This document shows, in pieces, positions 1 through 7,776 of a stretch of DNA of 32,000 nucleotides. Every line of letters begins with the position of its first letter. Position 1 is the first letter of the stretch. Source of the DNA: Candidatus Methanoperedens sp. (GTDB taxonomy: Archaea; Halobacteriota; Methanosarcinia; Methanosarcinales; Methanoperedenaceae). The notes under the pieces were generated by a model. That model did no database searches. It was not told where the DNA came from and worked only from the letters and a program-made list of their open reading frames with translations. The DNA is taken from positions 1 through 32,000 of the forward strand of contig JAPZAR010000021.1 in assembly GCA_027460535.1 (NCBI GenBank), written 5' to 3'. A program made the position numbers and the translations under genes.

Positions 1-1
1 G

Positions 2-130
2 GAGTTACTGGAGAATGTCTACACTGTTAACATCCATCATGGAGATAAGCTGTTAAAAAGAACGAGTTCTGTGACTGAAGAGCAGAAAAAAATTATGGAT
101 GTTTTTGGCTGTTGTCATAACCAAGGGTAA
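2..130 (+). CDS. 3' end of an ORF entering from upstream of the window, function unknown
   Basis: Frame 2 is open from the window edge to TAA at 128-130 (ELLENVYTVNIHHGDKLLKRTSSVTEEQKKIMDVFGCCHNQG*). It is too short to assign. Any resemblance to IS transposase C-termini is only an impression. Confidence 0.3.
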   Translation, partial: ELLENVYTVNIHHGDKLLKRTSSVTEEQKKIMDVFGCCHNQG

Positions 131-350
131 AAGTTGGGTGGATTAACTTCGTTCTTATCTTTGTTATCATGCCACTCATAATTATAACAATTACAATTAT
201 TATTTAAATGCATAAATATATAAGTCTTAAATTTCAATTATTGAATGATAGGAAGGTTTGGGATCTGGTGGTCCTCCCGCCATCTATAAAAAAGTTTTAC
301 CCGCTCCCCACCAATCCCAACATGCTCCTGAAAGAGCTGTGAGGTGGTCC

Positions 351-842
351 ATGAGAAGTAAGCTTGATACCCTGAATCGGAAAGAAGGGAAGAAATTCCT
401 CGACAAGGAACTGGAGAGCTGCATGGAAGTGGATTATGCTTTTTCTAAGATAACCGATACGAATGTCCAGAAAGAAATAATAATCCCCGCTCTCCTTCTC
501 AAAGAAAATCTCAAGAACAAGGATAGATATCTTGATGTCACGATGCATAGCAGATGGTCTTCCATCAATGGGGACATGAATGAACATGAAGCGTGGATGT
601 TCCTCGATATCGACTTCGAAAACCTTGGTATATTGAAATTTAAGTTCAATCTATTTGATGCCAGGGCCAGAAGGTGGATTGAAACCCTGATTCTTGCAGA
701 TGGAAAAGCCGTTCTTTGCGACAAGAATGAAGAAACGAACTTCGCTGTCGGACTATCGAATATTCCCCTGGACATACCGCTTATACAGATGGCTTTAACG
801 GCTTTTTTCTTGGCAAGAAAGAAATCTTTCGTAGGCGGGTAA
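351..842 (+). CDS. hypothetical protein
   Basis: The ORF track gives 258..842 from a TTG. The first ATG is at 351 and is preceded by gaggtgg. The composition is protein-like, while the overlapping minus-strand ORF 434..907 looks like antisense noise. No motif recognised. Confidence 0.5.
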   Translation: MRSKLDTLNRKEGKKFLDKELESCMEVDYAFSKITDTNVQKEIIIPALLLKENLKNKDRYLDVTMHSRWSSINGDMNEHEAWMFLDIDFENLGILKFKFNLFDARARRWIETLILADGKAVLCDKNEETNFAVGLSNIPLDIPLIQMALTAFFLARKKSFVGG

Positions 843-1068
843 AAGAAGAACGAAAAGTGAAGGATGAATCCGATGACTTTTCGATCATCGTGCCAATTAA
901 ATTTCACCTTTGAAAATCTTTCACTTCAAAATGCTGGAGTTGAAATTCAAGCTATTCAGAATAACGAAATGTTATTGACATCAAAGCATTGAGAAGGTTT
1001 CATTGTGTGTTGGTAGATAAAACACTATTCATATCGGCCATCTTCTGACAAATATGAAACCAAGGAGG

Positions 1069-1125
1069 GCACAGAGGATACAGAGCAAAACAAACAACTC
1101 TCTGTGCTCGCTGCGTTCTCTGTGG
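1069..1125. repeat. palindromic CACAGAG/CTCTGTG intergenic element, copy A
   Basis: GCACAGAG-G-ATACAGAG on the left faces CTCTCTGTGC and CTCTGTGG on the right. It has the same architecture and the same ctctgtggtt end as the element at 12579-12643. Confidence 0.7.
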
Positions 1126-1209
1126 TTAATTATCAATTATAGACCTTACCCAAGAGGTAAGGTAACGATCTCAAAGTATCGTAAATCTTAAGTATTCAGA
1201 ATCAGCTTT

Positions 1210-1431
1210 GTGATTGTGCCAATCGAGGGATTTGTAGATTATAAAAGAAGAGAATATTGCAACGATATTGAATGCCCTGTACAGGTTATGATGAATAAGA
1301 AGGCACAGGGCTCACCAGATTACAATGACCTTAGAGAGATATGCCAGGAAAATTGCCTGCATACCACATATGAATTCCATCATTGGTTGATAGAGAAGGG
1401 CTATTTGCTGGTCAGACCTGAAGAAAGGTAA
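1210..1431 (+). CDS. small Cys-rich hypothetical protein (73 aa)
   Basis: GTG-start ORF with C-x4-C (CNDIEC) and C-x3-C (CQENC). It ends 16 nt before the aldolase ATG on the same strand, so it is probably the first gene of that operon. Confidence 0.55.
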   Translation: MIVPIEGFVDYKRREYCNDIECPVQVMMNKKAQGSPDYNDLREICQENCLHTTYEFHHWLIEKGYLLVRPEER

Positions 1432-1447
1432 CAGGAGGAAATTGAAA

Positions 1448-2227
1448 ATGAACTGGGGAATGAAGAACAGGATTTCAAGGATAATCAGGCCGAAAACAGG
1501 CCGCTGCGTTATGCTGGCTGTGGATCATGGTTATTTCCAGGGACCCACAACGGGATTAGTGAACCTGGGCATAACTGTTGATCCGCTGCTGCCATATGCT
1601 GACGCCTTGATGATAACCCGGGGCGCTGTCCGGAACTGGATAGACCCGACAGCGGATATACCCATCATTTTGCGCGTCTCTGGAGGCCAGAGCATTTTGA
1701 AGGAATTATCTAACGAAATACTTACTGCTTCTATAGAGGACGCAATAAGGATCAATGCTTCTGCAGTCACATGTTCGGTATATGTTGGCGGGGAATGCGA
1801 AAAGGAAACCATTGATAACCTGTCGAAGCTCGTGGATGAAGGGGAAAAATATGGTATCCCTGTTCTGGCCGTGACCGCTGTGGGGAAAGAGATGGTCCGG
1901 GACGCCAGATATCTTGGCCTTGCCTCCAGGATATGTGTGGAAATGGGGGCGCACATTATAAAAACCTATTACACCGAAGATTTTGGGAAAGTTGTTGAGG
2001 CATGCGGTAATATTCCTGTTGTCATCGCAGGCGGGAAAAAACTTCCGGAGAGGGAAGCCCTGGAGATGAGCTATAATGCGGTCTCGGATGGTGCGGTCGG
2101 CGTGGATATGGGCAGAAATATCTTCCAGAGCGATAGTGCGGTAGGCATGATACAGGCGGTAAGGGCGATCGTTCATGATGGAAAGTCCGTGAACGAGGCT
2201 TACGAGATATACGAACAGTCGAAATAG
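1448..2227 (+). CDS. class I aldolase, DhnA/LsrF-type
   Basis: WGMKNRISRIIRPKTGRCVMLAVDHGYFQGPTTGL, GAHIIKTYY (Schiff-base Lys region), VVIAGGKKLPEREALEM and GVDMGRNIFQS parallel E. coli LsrF as I recall it. GGAGG at 1434-1438 precedes ATG 1448; the ORF track starts at TTG 1442. Confidence 0.85.
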   Translation: MNWGMKNRISRIIRPKTGRCVMLAVDHGYFQGPTTGLVNLGITVDPLLPYADALMITRGAVRNWIDPTADIPIILRVSGGQSILKELSNEILTASIEDAIRINASAVTCSVYVGGECEKETIDNLSKLVDEGEKYGIPVLAVTAVGKEMVRDARYLGLASRICVEMGAHIIKTYYTEDFGKVVEACGNIPVVIAGGKKLPEREALEMSYNAVSDGAVGVDMGRNIFQSDSAVGMIQAVRAIVHDGKSVNEAYEIYEQSK

Positions 2228-2231
2228 TACC

Positions 2232-3209
2232 ATGAAAACCGCTGTATATTATAACAACAATGATATCAGGATAGAGAACAGGCCGAAACCTGAAATAAGA
2301 GATGGGGAAATACTGGTCAAGGTCAAAGCTTCCGGCATTTGTGGAACCGATCTGATGGAATGGTACCGCATCAAAAAAGCGCCCAGGGTACTGGGTCATG
2401 AAATTACAGGAGAGATCGTCGAATCCCTGTCTGATAGATTTAATATCGGGCAGAGGGTTTTCGTGAGCCACCATGTTCCCTGCAACGAATGCAAATATTG
2501 TCTTGCAGGCAATCATACTGCCTGTGAAACACTGCATAAAGGCAATTACGATCCCGGAGGATTCAGCGAGTTCGTAAGAGTCCCGAAAATAAATGTTGAT
2601 AATGGCACATATGCTCTGCCGGATAATGTTTCTTATGAGGAAGGAACGATGATCGAGCCGCTGGCATGCGTTGTGAGGGCACAGAGGATAATCGGGGTCG
2701 GCGAATGGCAAACTATCCTTGTAATGGGTTCAGGGATTTCGGGTCTCCTGAACATACAGATGGCTAAATTGAAAAAAGCGAGGGTCATTGCAACCGATAT
2801 CAACGAATATAGATTGAATAAGGCAAAAGAATCCGGGGCCGATGAAGTGTTCAATGCAAACGATGACCTGGAGATTAAAGCGGACAGGATCGTAATGTGT
2901 ACGGGGGCGATGACTGCTTTTGAAAAAGCGTTCAGGTATGTGGACAAGAAAGGCATAATAATGCTGTTTGCAATCCCGAATAAAAACATTTTAATCCCTG
3001 TTGAAGAGTTCTGGAGGAATGAACTGGGCCTTGTATCAAGTTACGGCGCAGCACCTGTTGATCTTGAAGAGTCTCTGGACCTTATTAAAGATGGGAAGAT
3101 AAATGTAAAGGATTTGATCACCGACAGGGTCAGACTGGATGATATCCAGAAAGGTTTCAAGATAGCTGGTGGAGCAGGGGAGTCGCTGAAGGTTATTGTA
3201 GTTCCTTGA
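2232..3209 (+). CDS. Zn-dependent alcohol/polyol dehydrogenase (MDR family)
   Basis: Catalytic Zn motifs GICGTDL and GHEITGE, a structural Zn site CNECKYCLAGNHTAC, and a Rossmann GSGISG. It starts 4 nt after the aldolase stop. Confidence 0.88.
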   Translation: MKTAVYYNNNDIRIENRPKPEIRDGEILVKVKASGICGTDLMEWYRIKKAPRVLGHEITGEIVESLSDRFNIGQRVFVSHHVPCNECKYCLAGNHTACETLHKGNYDPGGFSEFVRVPKINVDNGTYALPDNVSYEEGTMIEPLACVVRAQRIIGVGEWQTILVMGSGISGLLNIQMAKLKKARVIATDINEYRLNKAKESGADEVFNANDDLEIKADRIVMCTGAMTAFEKAFRYVDKKGIIMLFAIPNKNILIPVEEFWRNELGLVSSYGAAPVDLEESLDLIKDGKINVKDLITDRVRLDDIQKGFKIAGGAGESLKVIVVP

Positions 3210-3228
3210 ACAAATGTTTAGAATAAAA

Positions 3229-4260
3229 TTATCCATATCCCACAAACCTTGGCTCAGTCAGCTTTCTATGGAATTCCGGCATGCTGATCACTTCATTGAT
3301 CGCGGAAGCTGCCTCAAGCCCCTCCTTTACCGGGAGACCCCAGATGTTCCTGCCGTAAATACCTCCTTCAGCTCCTGCTTTCATTACGATTTCCGTCTGT
3401 TTCTTCAGGCTCTCTGTCGGATCGCCCCGCAGTTTTGGCCCGCCTGAGAAAATCACAATGGAATTGGGAGCGGTCTGCACGACGAGGCTTGCCCTGAATA
3501 TTTCCTGCTCAGATGTCAGGGCCGTCTCGGCATCTTTCGGCTCGATGTATTTGTAAGCGATCATGCTTGAGTTCTTTTTTGCGAGTCCTTCTATATACGC
3601 ATCATACGCCCTGCGGTTGTCCGGCTTTACCTTTACCGGGTATTTGGTTTTGACTATGTCCGCTCCCAGGAAGCCCGAGGCTATCGCGACGGCATAGTGC
3701 GTCCAATAGAGGCTGTCCGCCTGCGTTATGCCCTGGAACTCCCCCTCCGTATCCTTCAATTTTGTCTTTTCATCAAGGCCGGTGCCCCGCGCATAGGCCC
3801 ACACCACAGCTACAAGACCGGATTTATGCGCCTCCCTGATGATCCCCGCTGCCCTTTCCATATCAGCACTGATATGCTCCCCACCCGGGTAGATCGTCAA
3901 TCCTATGGCTGATGCGCCGTATCTCAGCGCCTCTTTCACCAGTTCTGCTATTGCTCTTATGTCGGCTGAGCCTCTTCCCCTCAGGCTGATCTCTTCAGCG
4001 CTTGGGTCATCTCTTTCCCATAAGAATTCATGTCCCGGCCCGTGTTCCGAGCTTTTCTGGTCAAAAGGCATGAACAGGGCAGTCCCATTGCCCGGGCCGT
4101 TGTTGTAAAGCATACGGTAAAGGTTAGCTTCAACCCCTCCTTCCAGAAAACGCATTTTCTCAAGCCTTGGGCGGACAGCCACATTTTTTGCAATGTCGAT
4201 CTCTAAATCAATTTCATCGATGTGTTTCCTGGAATCCATTAATTTTTGAACGAAAGCCAT
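3229..4260 (-). CDS. class I fructose-bisphosphate aldolase family protein, FbaB/DhnA long form
   Basis: 343 aa. FMPFDQKSSEHGP, GLTIYPGGE, VVWAYARG and GADIVKTKYP (Lys motif like E. coli FbaB ADIVKQK) are present. It is convergent with the ADH gene. Confidence 0.8.
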   Translation of the reverse strand: MAFVQKLMDSRKHIDEIDLEIDIAKNVAVRPRLEKMRFLEGGVEANLYRMLYNNGPGNGTALFMPFDQKSSEHGPGHEFLWERDDPSAEEISLRGRGSADIRAIAELVKEALRYGASAIGLTIYPGGEHISADMERAAGIIREAHKSGLVAVVWAYARGTGLDEKTKLKDTEGEFQGITQADSLYWTHYAVAIASGFLGADIVKTKYPVKVKPDNRRAYDAYIEGLAKKNSSMIAYKYIEPKDAETALTSEQEIFRASLVVQTAPNSIVIFSGGPKLRGDPTESLKKQTEIVMKAGAEGGIYGRNIWGLPVKEGLEAASAINEVISMPEFHRKLTEPRFVGYG

Positions 4261-4397
4261 GTTTCTCTCCCTGATTTTTTTAACAAATCTTTGTCCTCTT
4301 TATTAAATGTTTCCGTTTAATCAACCTTTCGAACTATTTGAACCACAAACTACATAAATAAAGAGCTACAAAACAAAATTGGATAGAATAGGAAAAA

Positions 4398-4637
4398 ATG
4401 TCAATTAATGAACTAATGCTGATGGTTTTCCTTGTCAACCTGCCATTTGGCTATATCAGGGGCAATGCCACACGGTTCTCAAGGCAATGGATGATGGCAG
4501 TGCACATACCGGTGCCGTTCGTTTTCTTGTTGAGAATATTTTCAGGTCTCAACTGGACCGTTATACCGCTGCTTGTTCTCTCAGACGTTGCCGGCCAGAT
4601 AGCAGGCGGAAAGCTTAGAAAGCGGGAATTGCAGTAA
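4398..4637 (+). CDS. small membrane protein (79 aa, about 2-3 TM)
   Basis: Hydrophobic segments LMLMVFLVNLPFGY, VHIPVPFVFLLRIF and TVIPLLVLSDVAG. No motif recognised. Confidence 0.5.
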   Translation: MSINELMLMVFLVNLPFGYIRGNATRFSRQWMMAVHIPVPFVFLLRIFSGLNWTVIPLLVLSDVAGQIAGGKLRKRELQ

Positions 4638-4657
4638 GCCAAAAGAGGCCAAAAAAG

Positions 4658-4669
4658 AATATATATAAG
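4658..4669 (+). promoter_or_regulatory. TATA-box-like element upstream of the ABC operon
   Basis: aatatatataag is centred about 26 nt upstream of ATG 4689 and preceded by an A-rich BRE-like run. This is compatible with a leaderless or near-leaderless archaeal transcript. Confidence 0.35.
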
Positions 4670-4688
4670 CTGTGACTGCAATTAGCCG

Positions 4689-6317
4689 ATGAAAAAAGGA
4701 TATTTTATCATTGCTATCATCCTTTTCCTGGTTTCAGTCGCTTTAGCTTTCTACTTTTTTGATTTCATAGATTTTCCTGAACTTAAATTACTTCCATATT
4801 ATGCAGCCGCATCATTTTCCCGAATGGCCATGGCTTATTTCTTTTCATTATGCTTTGCCCTGTCGTATGGCTACCTCGCCGCGACAAATAAGACCGCGCG
4901 CAAAATAATGCTTCCCTTTCTTGATATACTCCAATCCGTGCCAATTCTTGGGTTTTTCCCGGCTGCGGTTCTCTTTTTCATAGGCCTTATCCACGGAAGG
5001 CTCGGGGTCGAGGTAGCGGCAGTGTTCCTGATTTTTACAAGCATGGCATGGAATATGGCCTTTGGGATTTACGAATCCCTCACGACCATACCGAAGGAAC
5101 TGGTTGAAGCGGCGGACAGTTACGGGCTCAGCGGATGGCAGCGCCTCGAAAACCTCACGCTCCCGGTGTGTGTCCCAAAACTGGTTTATAACAGTATCGT
5201 ATCCTGGTCTGTGGGATGGTTCTTCCTGGTCGCATCCGAGATCATCTCGGCAGGTTCTGATACCTACAAACTTCCAGGGCTTGGAAGTTTTCTTATAGAC
5301 ACCACTTATTCCGGAAAAATAGCCCTGATGCTCGTTGGTTTATCCACACTGGTCATCATAATACTGTTGCTTGAATTGTTCGTCTGGAAGCCTATGCAGT
5401 CATGGGCTGACAAGTATAATTATGAGTATTCTGGCGAGAAAAAGCCAGGCGAGTTCATTTTTAACACACGAATAGTAAAATATATATTCAGGTTTATTTT
5501 CGAGGGTTTTTCAAAAATAATGGTTTCATCATATATCATATTTCACAAACATAGATCGATAAAAATCATCTCGAAATTCGTGGGTTATCTTGCTGTGGTT
5601 TCAATTCTTGCGTATATTGCTTACGTTTTTATTACATCTATCACAAGGCTGCTGCTGAACCTTCCGGATGATGCGTATTCAATACCACTGGCTATTGGAT
5701 ATTCTTTTGCCAGATTAAGTATCGCATATGTGATATGTGTTATCTGGACAATTCCGGCAGCATACTACATAGCCAGAAGCAAGAGAGCCTCATCCTATCT
5801 TATGCCAGTTATGGAAGTCGCCGCATCTATCCCCGCCATAGCGCTCTTTCCCGCAATGGTGGTTATTTTCATCAGGTACGGGAGCCTTGAGATAGCAGCG
5901 ATCATTCTCATACTGCTGGGTATGCAGTGGTACCTTCTTTTTAACCTGATCTCAGGGGTAAAGTCGATACCCGGCGATATAGAAAATGCCGCAGCATCTT
6001 TCGGTGTCAGGGGAAAGCTCTACTGGAAAAAAGTCCTTCTCCCGGCTATGTTCCCATCGTTCATGACAGGAAGCATTACGGCATGGGGAGGAGGGTGGAA
6101 TACATTGATAGTTGCGGAATTTATCGTATTCAAAGGCCAGGAATACCATCTTTTCGGTATAGGGTATTTGCTTGACAGGGCCACTTTCCAGTCGCCAAAT
6201 TCGAGCATGGTAATATTATCCGTGCTCAGCATGTCTGTAACCATTATATTCCTGAACAGGCTTATATGGCAGCCATTATACAGGAAAGCACTGGCCAAAT
6301 ATAAATTCGAGGCATGA
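4689..6317 (+). CDS. ABC transporter permease, duplicated (two fused permease domains), NitT/TauT-like
   Basis: 542 aa and highly hydrophobic. There are two halves, each with a binding-protein-dependent-permease-like region (AADSYGLSGWQRLENLTLP and AAASFGVRGKLYWKKVLLPAM). Confidence 0.85.
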   Translation: MKKGYFIIAIILFLVSVALAFYFFDFIDFPELKLLPYYAAASFSRMAMAYFFSLCFALSYGYLAATNKTARKIMLPFLDILQSVPILGFFPAAVLFFIGLIHGRLGVEVAAVFLIFTSMAWNMAFGIYESLTTIPKELVEAADSYGLSGWQRLENLTLPVCVPKLVYNSIVSWSVGWFFLVASEIISAGSDTYKLPGLGSFLIDTTYSGKIALMLVGLSTLVIIILLLELFVWKPMQSWADKYNYEYSGEKKPGEFIFNTRIVKYIFRFIFEGFSKIMVSSYIIFHKHRSIKIISKFVGYLAVVSILAYIAYVFITSITRLLLNLPDDAYSIPLAIGYSFARLSIAYVICVIWTIPAAYYIARSKRASSYLMPVMEVAASIPAIALFPAMVVIFIRYGSLEIAAIILILLGMQWYLLFNLISGVKSIPGDIENAAASFGVRGKLYWKKVLLPAMFPSFMTGSITAWGGGWNTLIVAEFIVFKGQEYHLFGIGYLLDRATFQSPNSSMVILSVLSMSVTIIFLNRLIWQPLYRKALAKYKFEA

Positions 6318-7061
6318 ATGCTGGTAGAAATAAAAAATGTGTCCAAGACCTATGAAACCGACGGCAATAAGATACTTGTTCTCGATAATATCAATTTCTC
6401 TGTTGAAGATAACGATTTTATATGCATCGTAGGCCCTTCAGGATGCGGGAAAAGCACACTTTTGCGCATAATCGTGGGGCTGGAAAGACCAAACTCTGGG
6501 GAGGTTCTTTTTAAAGGGGAAGTAATTTCTCCAGATAATCCCAAGGTGGCAATGGTATTCCAGAATTTCGCGCTATTCCCCTGGCTTACGGTACAGGAAA
6601 ACATAGAACTGGTTCTCGAATCCTTAAAGCTTGTGAAAGATAAGGGAAAAGCGGCCTGCAAATATATCAAAGCCGTTGGCCTGGACGGATTTGAAAAGGT
6701 TTACCCGCGTGAACTCTCAGGAGGCATGAAACAGAGGGTCGGGTTTGCACGCGCCCTTGCAGTGGAGCCTGTTCTCCTGTGCATGGATGAGCCCTTCTCA
6801 TCCCTTGATGCGCTCACTTCCCAGAACCTGAAAGATGAACTGCTGATGCTCTGGGCCGATCCTGGCATGCCTCCGGAAGCGGTGATCATGGTGACCCATA
6901 ATGTTGAGGAAGCAGTGTACATGGCAAATCGCATAATCATCCTTTCACACCGCCCCGGGAAGGTCGTGGCGGATCTGAGGATCGAGCTGGAACGACCCAG
7001 GAACAGGAAAGACCCTGAGTTCTATCGATGGGTTGATAAAGTCTATTCACTAATAGTGTAG
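6318..7061 (+). CDS. ABC transporter ATP-binding protein (NitT/TauT family)
   Basis: Walker [10 protein letters not shown], signature LSGGMKQR, Walker [13 protein letters not shown], and H-loop VTHN. The ATG directly abuts the permease stop. Confidence 0.92.
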   Translation: MLVEIKNVSKTYETDGNKILVLDNINFSVEDNDFICIVGPSGCGKSTLLRIIVGLERPNSGEVLFKGEVISPDNPKVAMVFQNFALFPWLTVQENIELVLESLKLVKDKGKAACKYIKAVGLDGFEKVYPRELSGGMKQRVGFARALAVEPVLLCMDEPFSSLDALTSQNLKDELLMLWADPGMPPEAVIMVTHNVEEAVYMANRIIILSHRPGKVVADLRIELERPRNRKDPEFYRWVDKVYSLIV

Positions 7062-7063
7062 CC

Positions 7064-7537
7064 ATGATATTCCCAAAAGCAACCATCAGCGAGATAGTCG
7101 GGCTTCTTGAAGTGGTCAATGACTCCGGGGGCATAGAGGATGCCGCCCGCCTGGCTGGCGATTTCGACCTTGAACTCGATGAGATACTGCCTTCTATCGA
7201 TGGCGCCGAATTGCTCGGGTTTGTCAGGGTGACTGATGGTAATATTGAACTCACTGGAGACGCCCAGAAACTCCTGGATACAGGAATAAGGGAAAGAAAG
7301 AAAATCATCAGGGATAAAGTTGCAGGTGTGGAGCTTATTAAGGGCCTCAGGAATATGCTCATGGAGTCTCCGGAGCGAAAGATGAGCAAGGAGGAAGCGT
7401 TAAAATTCCTCCAGAGCAGGATTTCCACTTCTGACATAGAGAGTTATTTCAGGATAATAATCAACTGGACAAGGACCGCAGGATTGATTGGATACAATAG
7501 CGATTCTGAAGAGATCTGCCTGATGTCGAAAGAGTGA
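7064..7537 (+). CDS. AAA-associated (ABC ATPase C-terminal-like) domain protein
   Basis: 157 aa. It resembles the C-terminal AAA-associated domain found fused to some NitT/TauT ATPases. It starts 2 nt after the ATPase stop. Confidence 0.65.
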   Translation: MIFPKATISEIVGLLEVVNDSGGIEDAARLAGDFDLELDEILPSIDGAELLGFVRVTDGNIELTGDAQKLLDTGIRERKKIIRDKVAGVELIKGLRNMLMESPERKMSKEEALKFLQSRISTSDIESYFRIIINWTRTAGLIGYNSDSEEICLMSKE

Positions 7538-7776
7538 AAGTTCGATGGCAGAAAAAATTTTGAGTCACAAACAGGCCGGATTGGAAATCCGGGGCATCCT
7601 GTGGATGCTCGATTGGTTTGAATCTTTAAGTGTTAACGGAGTTTCTTTTTCTTGCGGCAAGGAGGGCAATATCATGTTATTGGAATTAGGCCAAGATTTT
7701 TAATAGTAGTAATCTTATATATTTTGATTGATGCAGCAAAATTAATATAGTATATAGAAATTATCGTACGAGGTAT

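Noticed and set aside
434-907. 157-aa minus-strand ORF overlapping ORF 258/351-842
   Set aside because: The composition is Ser/Arg/Leu/Phe-rich, typical of an antisense shadow of the plus-strand gene. No start context.
1531-2989. Series of minus-strand ORFs (1531-1956, 1706-2233, 2022-2711, 2633-2989) opposite the aldolase and ADH genes
   Set aside because: The plus-strand genes carry unmistakable enzyme motifs. The antisense ORFs have low-complexity, Arg/Ser/Pro-rich translations.
6937-7437. 166-aa minus-strand ORF
   Set aside because: It is antisense to the ABC ATPase 3' end and the AAA-associated gene. The translation is Ser-rich and not protein-like.
7545-7703. 52-codon plus-strand ORF (MAEKILSHKQAGLEIRGILWMLDWFESLS...)
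   Set aside because: It overlaps the twin hairpins / tRNA-like fragment, has no ribosome-binding site and no recognisable features. Probably not coding.
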